Shown: positions 34,127 to 45,620 of the stretch, one piece after another
Position numbering within the stretch: position 1 is the first letter of the stretch
How the letters are laid out: each line of letters begins with the position of its first letter
From: Epithemia pelagica
Lineage: Eukaryota; Protista; Bacillariophyta
Direction of reading: 5' to 3'
Assembly (NCBI GenBank): GCA_946965045.2
Contig: OX337236.1
Span: 2,728,001-2,792,000, forward strand
DNA length: 64,000 nucleotides
Translations under genes and position numbers: made by a program
The notes under the pieces: model-generated
What the model was told of the DNA's origin: nothing
Database searches by the model: none
The model's input: the letters and a program-made list of their open reading frames with translations, nothing else

Positions 34127-34208
34127 CATCATCCTCATTAACGTGATCATCGGACGCACCCCACACACGATAGTCTCGTACAAAACGAAGTTTTTCTGGG
34201 GGGACGAG

Positions 34209-36366
34209 TACCCCCTAGCGGAAGGGTGAGTCCAGGTTAATCGTGATTCAAGGTGGCATTCTCATACTCACCCCCAAGGCTCGATCTCGCTCATCCGACT
34301 TTGACCCAAACCCAAAATTTCAATACACGCATTCACTGCATCCACCACGGTGGGTGGAGGTGCAACAGACTACCATGTCGTCCTCCAAGTCTTCTTCGTC
34401 ACACAAACGACACCGTCGGACCCAGTATGAAGTTAGAGAGGCTTACCAGCAAGCGCAAGCCCAGGAAGCGTCCACACCCAACAGTATTGAAGCAACCAAC
34501 AACAACCGTTGCAACACTGTTTGGTTTGTAATGCAATCAAGTAGGATCGACAAAAAGCTGGATGCCTGACCTCTTGCGAAGATCATTGAATGGTCAAGAA
34601 TAATTTTCCCGCGTTGGACAATGATGATGGCGATGACGATTCCAAGCATACTTCCACCACCTCAGACAATGAAAGAGGAACAGCACCAATCCGTTCCGTC
34701 CCATTTCCATGGCGGTATGATCCAAATCATTGTCCAACATTCCCAAGAGCAACTATTTGATGAATTGGTTGAGTCGTCACAGTGTCGCTGTCATCGACGG
34801 ATGGCTGTTTTTGTTGGGTAGACTCTTGTAGGGCTTGGACGGGGCCTTACTGACGGGTGTTGATGCTTGTGTGGCTTGGTGCGATTTGTATTGCTCTCAT
34901 ACCATGGTAAGCAATTGTGTCGCTTCCTTGTTGGCCGTATCTGTCTGCAAGATTTGCAACAAATCATTGGCAGCATTGTGCGAGATAGAGTCGTCCGTTG
35001 TCATCATGGTTGTTGTTTTCGAACAAGAGGGAAGAAACGCGCTTGTGCAAGTCCAGCCACAATCCTCCTTTCATTTACTCCGTTGTTTTGCCAAAATTGT
35101 GCAAGCCATTGTCACCTTTTCCAGCTGTCAGTGCTACTGTAAAAAGCAAAGCTGTCCAAACAGTGGCAACCCAAACAACAATGGCAACAAGACAATTAAG
35201 TCGAGAAATGTATCACGGCAAAACCAGCTGGCGAACCTGTCACCAGCACTAAACACAACCAATCATCAAAGATAGCACCTAAACGCAACCAATCATTGGC
35301 CAAACATGACACTACCCACCGCTTGATTCAACACGATGTTATTTTGTGGTGTTCTCGTTCTCTTGTGGATCAAAAACAAATTGGATTCCATTGAATAGAT
35401 GTAGAGATTAGTCTTTGATAACGTCTGAATCCTGAAAAAGACCTTTTGTCATAAAGAGAAATGCCAACTACTATAGCTGGCTGCTTTCACCTTCATGGCA
35501 TGGCCATGCGAGCCCACCTCCTGATTTCGTCTCTCACAGCACAAAACCATAAATAGTTGATTCGGGAAGTCTTGCAACAACACTGAGAGTCACCAGGTAT
35601 ACAGGGGAGGGGTAATTGACCATGGGAGGTACTTGAAAAGAGGCAAAGTCATCCATAACACGTTCAGACAAAGGGTTATCTGTTTGATTGTTGTTGTTAT
35701 GGTTTTGCGGTTGCCTGGTGTTTTGCATGTTTTGATGAGGTCTTTCTTTATCCTCCGAAGTGGTTTGTCTTGGAATGCCAGTTCATTGAATATATTGCGT
35801 CGTTGTACGCCTGAGTGCTCGCAAGGCCACATCAAATCATGTTGTTTGTCGAAGACAAGGTCAGTCAGAGACTCGACATCCCTCACCATAGATTCAGACG
35901 CCGTGGCAGTCATGAAAACGCCGACGTGATGGAATGTTGTAGCTTCAGTGAAGATGGAGACACGTTCGGGAAGGGAAAGGGGAGTACAGACGACACTTGG
36001 TTGGAAGTAAAGGTAGTCGTAATGGGGTTGGAGGGAGGGTCATCTGTCTCGGTGTGGTTGTCTTCGTTTGTAATGTATTGATACGGAGTGATAGGAGCGA
36101 TCGGTCGGGCCGCACCAGCAACTGCAACGCCAGGAGTGTCCCTTGGGTTGTTACAGACAGGATGGACAACGCGGGTGGACTTCCGAGGGTCCATGGGTGT
36201 TGCTACAACCACAGCAAGATGGGCCTCGTGGTGTTTGCGTTGTGGTGGTTGTGAGTTTGGGTCAAAGTCGGAAAATCGCCGATTTTGAGAGTCGCGCCTT
36301 GGGGGTGAGTATCAGAATGCTCCCTCTCTCATTCACGACCAGGACTCACCCTTCCGCTAGGGGGTA
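34209..36366. mobile_element. 2158-bp non-autonomous MULE-like DNA transposon
   Basis: Perfect 25-bp terminal IR TACCCCCTAGCGGAAGGGTGAGTCC. The IR continues imperfectly past 100 bp, with an 18-bp perfect block at 34294-34311/36255-36272. 10-bp TSD GGGGGACGAG. Absent from copy B. Confidence 0.9.
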
Positions 36367-36616
36367 GGGGGACGAGATTGTCGAGATGTTTCGGAAGCAC
36401 TTTGCACAACAGAGGCATAATTATAAGGGCTATATTAAGAAGATGGCTGGCGCGGTTTACGTAGATTTTCTACTGGAGCGCTACGAGAGGAACATTCTGT
36501 CTGAACTCAGACGAAAGCCAAGAAAACGGTAAAACGCGTGGCGTGTCTCTTCAGCGAGGCTCCATCGTCATTTTTTCCATGTTTCCCCCCAACAGTCCAC
36601 ACGAAAACCACCAGAG

Positions 36617-37726
36617 TACCACCCAGCGGGGGTGAGTCATGAGGTTAAGTGATTCGATTCTGGTGTGCAAACTCCTTCTCACCCCCACGGCGCGTCCCTT
36701 CCGCTCTCAACTTTGACACAAACCTCGCAACCACTCCGCGCATTCACCACGGCACTGGAGGTGATGCGATCGTCCATGGCCCATCATCACTGCCCAAAGG
36801 CCACCATCATCCAAAACAAGGCGCATGTGGACTGTATGACTCGATGGTGGTGCGGAAAGGTTGACATTGGCTTACCAAGGTCCATGGTAGGCAGCAACAG
36901 AAGCATCGCCCAAAACAACCTTCTTCTCACCCATTATTCCTTTCTATCAGGCATCGACGATGTTCCCCCTCTTCCTTTCTCTTCTTCCTTCATTGATTGC
37001 ATCAGCCTATCTTTATCCCATGGAAAACAAGGCCCTCAGCACTCGACAAACAACAACAACATTGGGGTCTTCGCTCTCCACACACAACAATGATAAGACA
37101 CAAATTAAGCTCAAAGATACGAAGCACAAAGATCACACAGCGATCACCTCTTGTTTGTTGCATCTAGCTTCCCCAAAGACAAAGACAACAAGACAACAAT
37201 CAACCATAGTTTATGACATAGATGGTGATAAGCAAACAAATAGACAATCCCCAAGCACGAGTCGTCTTGCCGTTGTAATCGGAAAAAGCCTGGTTGATTG
37301 TGGTTTCGAGCGAATGCAAAGCTTCCATTTGGTCTGTGGAGGTGCAAGGGAGGCTTGCGGATGGTTGGATCAAAAGGAGAGCTTGCATGGATGGATGGAA
37401 AGGATGGTCATCTGTCTCGTTGGTGTGGTTGTTCTTGGTGGTGGTATGCAGACCATGGAGAGACTCGTTGCGGCGGGTTTCGGAGGCAACCGCAGGTTCA
37501 CGATGGTCCGGTGGGGTAAGGAAGACATGTTGGTCATCTTGGGTGAAGGATTGAACGTTCATGGGTGATGTTATGACACTCTCAAGATTGGCTCCGTGGT
37601 GAATGTGTGGTGTGTTTTTGTGGTTTGTGGCAAAGTCGGACCCTCGCGCCGTGGGGGTGAATAAGACTTTGCACCTCGAATTCACGACACATGTGCGACC
37701 CGACTATTCACCCCTGCTTGGGGGTA
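36617..37726. mobile_element. 1110-bp non-autonomous MULE-like DNA transposon
   Basis: Imperfect TIRs TACCACCCAGCGGGGGTGAGT / TTCACCCCTGCTTGGGGGTA. 9-bp TSD CCACCAGAG (36608-36616, 37727-37735). A single site remains in copy B at about 49506-49514. Confidence 0.88.
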
Positions 37727-37747
37727 CCACCAGAGGCGGAAAACACA

Positions 37748-39443
37748 ATGTACCGAAACAGTGTCCGGTTCAGTCTTTATTGGATGGCACTCAGTGTCCT
37801 TGTGAGTGTCCTGTTGATTCGCAGGTCTCTCCATGACGAAATGATTCCACAGCGGCACTTGGTGCCGTCGTTGTCGTCAGTCGATCTATCCTGGCTAATA
37901 GTACCAACAGAGGACGATGCGTCTTTCGTGGACACCACCAAGAATGATTCCAGAATGGAGGTTGCTCCTACTAAACTACAACCGTCATCATCACAATCAT
38001 CTGTCGACATCAACCACCTCTCGACAAGAACCACCAATCAAAGTTCGACATTTACGGCCCAACAACGCATCATGGCGGCGGCTCACTTCAGTTTGGCCCA
38101 AAGCCGACAACAACAACAACAACAACAACATCTTATTCCTACTCCAAGAAACAGCAGTCAAAGTGTTTTCTTCACCACCATATACAACTTCAACAACAGG
38201 ACCTGGGTGTTACCACAACAATGTGAATCTCGTTGTCACAGTACGGTCGATCCGAGTGGACCTTACTTGTTATCCAATAGTGCCTATGGAGAATTGGCCG
38301 ACATTGATACCAATCATTGGAAACCGGCACAAGCCTTGTTGGATTTTACCCAAAAGCAATTTTGGAATGAGTGTTTTCCACCCATTGTCATTATCTACTT
38401 GTAGACCATGAGAGATGTCAATCACCTGTGGCGACAAATGACCATGTTTCCCGGAAATTTGAAACGGCCCTATATCATTTTGGCCACGGGATGGGTCATT
38501 GATTATTCACTTCCTTTTATGCAACGGTTGCTGCAAGATCCGAATTTGATTCGCATTTATGCTTCCAGTGTCGAAGTGAATCGACAGGATCCCTACCAAG
38601 TGGAAAAACTGTATACATTGCCGCTTGGTTTGATTCGAAATCCAGAACTGGATCAAGGGACAGCGCTTGTCGATGTCATGACAAGTTTACGCCGGAATGT
38701 TTCGTCCCTTGTTTCCGCGGCCACAACAACTCCTGAAACATACGGCGAATCACACTTCCTACAACCACAAGAAGCAGGACCACAACGATATACCAAATTG
38801 TTGTTGGTCAATTTCTCTCCCTACAATTTCAAGGCCCAATTTCGCACGGAACCCTTTCAACATTGTTGCAATAGTACTGAAACGGTGCGTCTCAATACCA
38901 CCTGTACGGAAGGTGGCTTTTATGACTATGTGCCCAATCCCCGTGGGGGTGTCCGTCGGAAATACACTCCTACGGAATGGCAGCAAGCCAGTCGATCCGT
39001 CTATCGCGACTGGGCGCAACACAAGTATACCGTGGCCCCTCGAGGCCAGAAAATGGATTGTTATCGCTTTTGGGAAAGCTTGTATGTAGGATCGGTACCA
39101 ATCGTATGGCGCCAACATGCCTATTATCGAGACTTGTTGGATCGGTATTTTCATTTACCAGAAAAGAGGGTGCCCATTTTGTATGTCGACGATTGGCACA
39201 ATATTACCAAGGACTATTTGGAACAAGAATGGCCGCGGTTTGCAAACATCTTGGCCCAACCGGAATGGCAAACATGGCCCCCCCAAATACTTGACCATGG
39301 ACTATGTGGAGGAGGGAATTCGACAAGCGGTGCAAAACGTGATGGAAACCCGAGGCGAAACCTTGTCGCCGGAAGGCACGCAATTTTACAATCCGGACGA
39401 TCGGGATTGGTTCTGGAACAATCGACATCGGTGTCACGAATAG
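37748..39443 (+). pseudogene. Exostosin/GT47-like glycosyltransferase, copy A, disrupted
   Basis: TAT->TAG at 38402-38404 and C7 instead of C6 at about 39278-39284, relative to the intact copy at 49527-51191. Confidence 0.8.
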
Positions 39444-40091
39444 AGATGAAGGAAAAAACATGAAGGAAAGGAATGCACCGTTTGGTGTGAACAACAAGGA
39501 CGACGACCGAAGCGCACATTCTCTACCCAGTCCCTTATCGGTCCTTCCTTTTTCGTACCAACAGAAGGAAGCTCTGTTACCAAGACCAGATACGCAGTCA
39601 CTACCGATTCAAAGATTGTGTAGTACTACCGTGATTCCATCGTGAATATTGCTCCAAATAGTAAGTACCATTGGAGTGTGTTGAGGAATGATGGAGGCGG
39701 GACAGATGTTAAGGATGCAACAGCGAGAAAATGATTTCGGCGCATGGAGGAACGTAAAGGAAACAAGCAAAACAACGACGATAGAAAAATCTCATTCTCT
39801 GAGGAGTAGATTTCGTGGTTTGCCTATACAGCAGCTTCGTGAGTCTCAACATACGATGAGAACCTACCACGGCGGCATAGCTCGAGCGGCAATTGAAGCG
39901 ATGGCCCAACTGCCAGCATGGAAGAGGTCCATACGAGCTCGTAAACATAATCATCAATGGCCAGATAAATTGCGTCTCGAACAGTCGGTTCTCGTTTCCG
40001 TTGTGACGACAAATAATGAATTTGTGCTATAACGCCTAAACTAGCTGATGGTAAGTAGCAAGCATATTTGAAGCACCTCCCTCTCCAAACT

Positions 40092-41192
40092 CTATTCCAG
40101 TACCTGATTTTCATATTCTCTCGCTGCTCTCCTTAGGTCAATGACAAAGTCTTCGACTGCGCCAGCCTCTAGATCGTCTAGAACGTATTCGGTGGTTCCG
40201 TTTTCTCCTGGTGCCCCCTTGCTCACCTTGAACAAAAATCCACGGAAAGGCAAAGTGATCGACCATGCTGCCTCATCGTTCCGTGCGTTTTCCCAGCGGT
40301 TCACATCGACGCCGACAAGCCGATCGGTTTTTCGCTGGAAGAAATCCTGCTTGTGGTCGTCTGAGAGATCTTGAGTGCCAAAACTAACTGCTTTCATGAC
40401 AGTGATCGTATCGCTGTCTTCGTCTGCCTTTCCCCAGAGCACAGCGGCAGCTTCGTACGTCGCACCACGCGAAGGTGGGTATAACTTCATGGCCAGAAAC
40501 AACCGAACATACTTAGGTGTCATATAGGCCCGTCCCCGCTCCCTGATCTGGACGGGATCTCTATTGTCGTACTCGATCTCCCAAATGAACCGCGAGTATG
40601 GATTATTCTTGTTTGCCCTGTCTGCGTCTCGGCCGTTGTGATCTCGGTTCTCCTTGAACGGAAAAACACGTTTATCTGGCTGAAAGCTACCGTATCCTCC
40701 GGAGCTGAGACCTCCATAGGACAAATACCTCCGCAAAAACTCGTTTGTAGTATGCCAGACACTCAGCATGGCAACAAACCAGGAGTCAACAGCTCCATGC
40801 TCGGGGCCGGGCATATACGTTATGAACAGAGCCGATGTCTTGGCGGCACCAAGTTCGGGAAAGAGCAAGAAACGCGCCTTTCCAACGTCTTCGCCCGGCA
40901 TCCATTCTTTGCTTACACCAGTCGCAACGAGCAACACCGCAGGTGTCGCAGTATTTGCTTGATTTGAACCATCACCGAATCGCCCCTTGTATTCCTTGAA
41001 CGCGCTCTCGAGATGCGCCATTGGTATGGTGCCGTCCTTTTTGGAGCAGATCCACGGAGAGTACTGATGGCCCTCCTTCAGATAGGATAACTTTGATCTC
41101 TTGAGCTCTTCGCCGAGCCACTTCTCGGCCTCCATCTTGTGGCAGTCAACGATATCGAGAGCCGGGTCGTGGTGCGCACCGTCATCGTTCAT
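40092..41192 (-). CDS. Uma2/DUF820-like PD-(D/E)XK nuclease-fold protein, copy A
   Basis: MPGPEH, FQPD and RFIWEIEY spacing resembles the Uma2/Crinkler REase core. The upstream ATG used by copy B is out of frame here (C9 vs C8 run). Confidence 0.6.
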   Translation of the reverse strand: MNDDGAHHDPALDIVDCHKMEAEKWLGEELKRSKLSYLKEGHQYSPWICSKKDGTIPMAHLESAFKEYKGRFGDGSNQANTATPAVLLVATGVSKEWMPGEDVGKARFLLFPELGAAKTSALFITYMPGPEHGAVDSWFVAMLSVWHTTNEFLRRYLSYGGLSSGGYGSFQPDKRVFPFKENRDHNGRDADRANKNNPYSRFIWEIEYDNRDPVQIRERGRAYMTPKYVRLFLAMKLYPPSRGATYEAAAVLWGKADEDSDTITVMKAVSFGTQDLSDDHKQDFFQRKTDRLVGVDVNRWENARNDEAAWSITLPFRGFLFKVSKGAPGENGTTEYVLDDLEAGAVEDFVIDLRRAAREYENQVLE

Positions 41193-41365
41193 GCCCCCCC
41201 CCTTTCTGGCCGCCGTAGCCAACAGTTGTGTTGGTAGTATTGTTGGGCCTTGCCATGGCGTTCGTCGTTCCCGACAGCTCATATCCTGCAAGCAACGACG
41301 CAATGGTGACACAAGAGGAAGCAAAGCAGACAACGAGCAAAACTGCCATCCAAGAAACGAAGAGC

Positions 41366-41986
41366 GAGTGATAAGGGCTGGGTAAGCCGATCCATGTTCG
41401 GCTAAGTAGGTTCAGTACAAAAGCTACGTAGCGTACATAAAATCCCATAGTACACGTCATACCTGAAATGGTGGGAAGTCCGAAAAAATGCAAAAACACT
41501 CCACGATGACGGCAAGATCCGTTGATGCCGCATGCATTTACCGATGCATCGCATCAACATCCTACTACTGTAAGTTGTTTGAGTTTGCTAGTATTACTGT
41601 GTTCTGCAGCTACAGAAGATTTGTCGCGTTGGATCAAAAGTTATACTCATTTTTCTGTGGTGATGTAATCTAAAAACCTTCCTAACTCACTCATTTTTCA
41701 ATGCTGACTCGACCGAATCGAAAGCATAGTCACTCTAGTAGTAAATAGTCTTTTTGTCAAAGCGGTCGAGTCAAGCTCTATTATTGAGGAAGTTATGGCC
41801 ATGGGGGTGACGGCTTCCACCATTGTCGAGCGATGGCTTCCAATTTGCATTGTTTCTCGTGGCAGCAAGTTTTCGATTTGTGACCATTCGCCCCACTTGT
41901 TACAGTAATGAAAATAGTACTACGTAGCTTAATGTACTGAGCCTACTTAGCCGAACATGGATCGGCTTACCCAGCCCTTATCACTC
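41366..41986. mobile_element. ~620-bp non-autonomous TIR element at the duplication junction
   Basis: ~66-bp near-perfect IR GAGTGATAAGGGCTGGGTAAGCCGATCCATGTTCGGCTAAGTAGG.. at 41366-41431 and about 41920-41986. No TSD found. Confidence 0.75.
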
Positions 41987-41997
41987 TACTTCTGCTC

Positions 41998-42055
41998 TCT
42001 AGCTAGAGTGCTAGTAGGAGTAGCTAGCTAGCTACTCCTAGCGACTCTAGCTAGA
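41998..42055. repeat. 58-bp palindrome
   Basis: TCTAGCTAGAGT..ACTCTAGCTAGA arms around a perfect 26-bp core (42015-42040). Confidence 0.9.
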
Positions 42056-42412
42056 ATGACTATAGAAAAAACAGTGGAGGTCTGAAAAGTACGGGCTACC
42101 ACTGTCGATTTCTTAGTCGGCCGGAGCGTAGGCTTTTGGTCTTGATCCTGTTAATGTCCGGTCCCGCTTAAGCATACAACCTTTGAGTCACGGAACTTAG
42201 TGTAGTGCTGTACCAGCATAGCTTCTCTGAAATGTATCCGTTCAGGTGTAGATTTTGTGCAGACGCAGAGCAGGGCGATCCCCAACAATTATACCTCTCA
42301 CAATTTTGGCAAGTGTTGGCACGAATTCTCGTGCCACCATCTGCGTGAAATTTTCGTCGTTGTTGGAGGCCGACTCTTTGTCACCTCGTCACTATCATGA
42401 GCCGATTTGCAG

Positions 42413-43321
42413 CACGAATTGCAAAAACGTCTTGCTCCTGCTACTCCCTCTAAAACCATCCATCAGAATGCATCTCGTATTGTGAGGAATGCTACGACCA
42501 GCAAGCACGATAGTGAGATCCCAAACGACAATGCCTTGCATGACACTGACCGCACACTCTGCATTGGATTGGTCAATCGGTTGTCGACGCGTCGCATTGG
42601 GAACATGGACGAAGTAGAACAAGCCATTCGCAAGGCTTATCCACAGGCTGTCGTAGAACAAGTCTCCATGAATGACATGACACCCCTCGAACAATTTACC
42701 TGGTGGTCCCGACAATCCGTTGTCATTCTTCCACACGGGGCGGCATCGACCAATCTCCTCTTTTTGAAACGAGGCGCCGCCGTTGTCGAAGTCTTTCCCC
42801 CTCATTATTACTGGTGGGGCTTTTGGAAGTTGGCCCAATCGATCCAGGTACGATACTATGGCTATTTTCCAATTTTGACAGACCAATCGCTTGCATCCAA
42901 TAAGAGCGGTACCACCACCACCACCACAACCACAACCACCACAAAGAGCCATGCGAATCATACATTTCGTGGTGAGCATGACCATGACATGGACCAGCGT
43001 GCCACGGATTTGCTTCAGGACTACAAACAAAATTGTCGTACGCTAGAGCTTCGCTCCAAGCATCGCAACATTAACGTCCAGGAACCATCCATTCCCCATT
43101 TGCTGGTTTTGCTTCAACGAGCCATATTAGACGGAGAGAGACTTGGACGACTGCAACAACAAAGATCGAACGAACCAGGGGACAATCAGGATTCAATAGG
43201 GTCCTCTTACATTCCACAAATTTCTTACATTGAGTCCACATGTGATTTGGTCAATCATGGCAATGCCAAGAAAACCTTTGTCTATCACTTGGATAATGAC
43301 GTGCCCCCATCGCGGTTCTAG
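42413..43321 (+). pseudogene. 5'-truncated GT61-like gene, copy B
   Basis: Lacks the ~945 bp encoding the start, TM anchor and N-terminal half. The C-terminal ~300 codons remain open. Confidence 0.75.
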
Positions 43322-44265
43322 AGCGAGTTCTTACTACAAAGACAGTTGTGTTTGGATCCAAGTGATGCGATCTCCATCCAATAAGGGATGCAACGGTAGG
43401 ACAAGATGCAAAAGGGCAAGGTCGCTTGATCAGGTCCAATGATCTTTGCAGCAAAACCATGCCTTGCCGTAAAAGTCCATAAAAGTGCGCACCATCTCGT
43501 TTCAAGTGATATATCCGCTGGTCTTTTCAAACCACGCACGAACGGGGATGAGACTACAAACTCTTTCTCCCTGATGAGTTCCATTATTCCGGCGTTGGAC
43601 CGAACCGGATGGTGGTTACCAAACCGGAACCATCCCCTGGCTCAACACTACGTTTCTCTTTGTAGTTCTACCACACTAGCGGACATTCTTGGAAAGCGGG
43701 TTCTTCTTCTCGCTACTTTTGTTCTTCTTGACTAAGTACTAGGAGTAGAAAAGGTGTGTAAGCCCTAACCAAGATGATGCTCTGGTAGCTGGACCCAGTT
43801 CGGAGTCACTTCCAACTCTTGGAGAGAATGGACAAGTGGCAGGACAAGCGTCTCCACAAGGGGATCAAAGGGATGGACAGGATGCACCGTGAACTTTGCC
43901 TTTGTACTAGGTGGAACATCGGACAGAAGGAATCGAGGTGGTAGAGAAAATGCATGAAAAGCCTCGTACTCTAGAATACTAAGATCTCCAAATGCTGATA
44001 GCTGACCATGGCGAACGCGTGCACGTCATAGCATCAGAAGGAAATTCATGTGCAGTCGTATTCGACAGAGCAAGCCACTCCTGTATAGTGAGTTGGAGCT
44101 GTTCATTTCTAATACGATTAACAACGTAACTTAGGAGAGGCGTGATCTTCATCAGAGCATAAAATCTCGTGACATAAACATGACAATTCCATGATATTGC
44201 TTACTCTGTTTTTGATGTGACGTGCATGGTCCTCACTCGTTTACAATTTGATTGGCGCAGGATGT

Positions 44266-45381
44266 TCAATTGACATCTCGGATACCCATTCCTTCCAAAC
44301 AATGATACCATTCGTTTCGAGGCTGCTCACAGAGTCGACGAAAGCACCATGTATTCTTGTCAATTAGTGGTAATGTCGCACAGGTAGGATTGCCCCATCC
44401 ACCAATCACGGCAACTTGATTGGCAACAGCCACCAAACTGCAGTCCTTGCGGTGATTATCCAATGGTGGGAGATTCCACACGCGGTTGCGGCTCGTATCC
44501 AATACTTCCACAGTTGCATTGTAATGTCCTCCTGCCACTACCAGACAGGATCCCACGGCAACCACTGCACATGATCCTCGTGCATTGGAAAGCACCAAAT
44601 CAGAATGAACGGTCCAAGTGGACGAGAAGGAAATGAGTGTAGACAAAGTGTCGTCTTTTCTCTCCTCTTCACAGTCCAAATATTCCACCGAATCAAGTTC
44701 GTCGTCAACATCGTCATGGTCACCGTTTCGGCCTCCAATGACAAAGATGCGGTGACCAATGATCGCACTTGCAAAATATGTTCGAGGAACGTTCATGGAT
44801 GGTCCCGCGGTGACAGAATGATTGCTGGTATCAATAATATCGACCGACATCAAGTCTTCCACTCCGTCACAGCCACCCATCACAACAATGTATCGGTTGT
44901 GGACCGCAACAGCACAACATCCAAATCGTGGCGTTGATAATCGACATGTCAATGTCGTCCAATGGCTCTTATGTGAACTCAAATCATTACAGTCAATCCG
45001 TTCCATACAATCCAAAGTTGAATTTGAAAGATCATTGTACCCTCCCATAACGTAAATGCCTCCGTTGCACACAACAGCGGCATGTCCATAACGTTTCTGG
45101 TTCATGGGTAGCCCTTCTCGCCACTGCTTGTCTGGGTCTGCCAGATTCAAAACAAGAACGGAATCGAGCTCGCCTTGGCCTGATTGATATCCTCCCAACA
45201 CGACAACCGTTTGTCTCTTGTTGATGTTGTTGTTGTCCTTGTCCGTGTCGGGATGATCCAGTACGACCGTAGCATGTTCGTCACGCCCTCCACACTGGAG
45301 AGGAGGCCAGTTATGATTCCATGTCTTATCCAAAAGGACAAGGCCCGACTGCCATGCTTGTTCTTGAAGTGTCATTGCCAT
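44266..45381 (-). CDS. Kelch-repeat protein (paralogue 3, copy B)
   Basis: Near-identical to 20689-21804, same length. Confidence 0.9.
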   Translation of the reverse strand: MAMTLQEQAWQSGLVLLDKTWNHNWPPLQCGGRDEHATVVLDHPDTDKDNNNINKRQTVVVLGGYQSGQGELDSVLVLNLADPDKQWREGLPMNQKRYGHAAVVCNGGIYVMGGYNDLSNSTLDCMERIDCNDLSSHKSHWTTLTCRLSTPRFGCCAVAVHNRYIVVMGGCDGVEDLMSVDIIDTSNHSVTAGPSMNVPRTYFASAIIGHRIFVIGGRNGDHDDVDDELDSVEYLDCEEERKDDTLSTLISFSSTWTVHSDLVLSNARGSCAVVAVGSCLVVAGGHYNATVEVLDTSRNRVWNLPPLDNHRKDCSLVAVANQVAVIGGWGNPTCATLPLIDKNTWCFRRLCEQPRNEWYHCLEGMGIRDVN

Positions 45382-45620
45382 GGTTCCAAACGTTGACTGC
45401 AGATTTTTATGGGCGAGAATCGAGACTGCTGCTGCTGATGGAAGCACGACTGACTTTGCAAGTGTGTGTCTCATCACATGGTGTGGGTTTTGTCTGTACT
45501 GGGTGGAGTGACGTGGCCGATGCTGGCCAGACTCCCGCGACCGACAACAGAGGTGCGACTGCTCCGCCTCCTCGACGCGAGGCGAGCAGATCCGATTTGG
45601 ATCCCACAATCGGAAGTTTT

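Larger units (their letters stand above)
22042..34194 (+). mobile_element. Internally deleted tyrosine-recombinase-type (DIRS/Ngaro-like) retroelement, copy A, interrupted by Copia
   Basis: Bounded by GAAGTTTT at 22034-22041 and 34187-34194. Contains a gag-like ORF with a terminal CCCH finger, a decayed downstream frame and a 3' stem-loop. The class is inferred from resemblance of the ORF to gag proteins of such elements; no RT or YR is present. Confidence 0.55.
18730..41365 (+). repeat. segmental duplication, copy A (contains three private TE insertions)
   Basis: Collinear and nearly identical to 42413-53160 once 22281-30664, 34209-36366 and 36617-37726 are removed. Confidence 0.95.

Noticed and set aside
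33445-34190. Tyrosine recombinase, RT or Fanzor/TnpB remnant downstream of the gag-like ORF
   Set aside because: No catalytic motif is recognisable in any frame, only a weak resemblance to an ORF2 N-terminus.
31570-38404. TAG read-through or recoding, since two copy-A genes have in-frame TAG
   Set aside because: Copy B has sense codons (GAG, TAT) at both sites, the same genes carry other lesions, and TAG is a normal stop elsewhere in the window.
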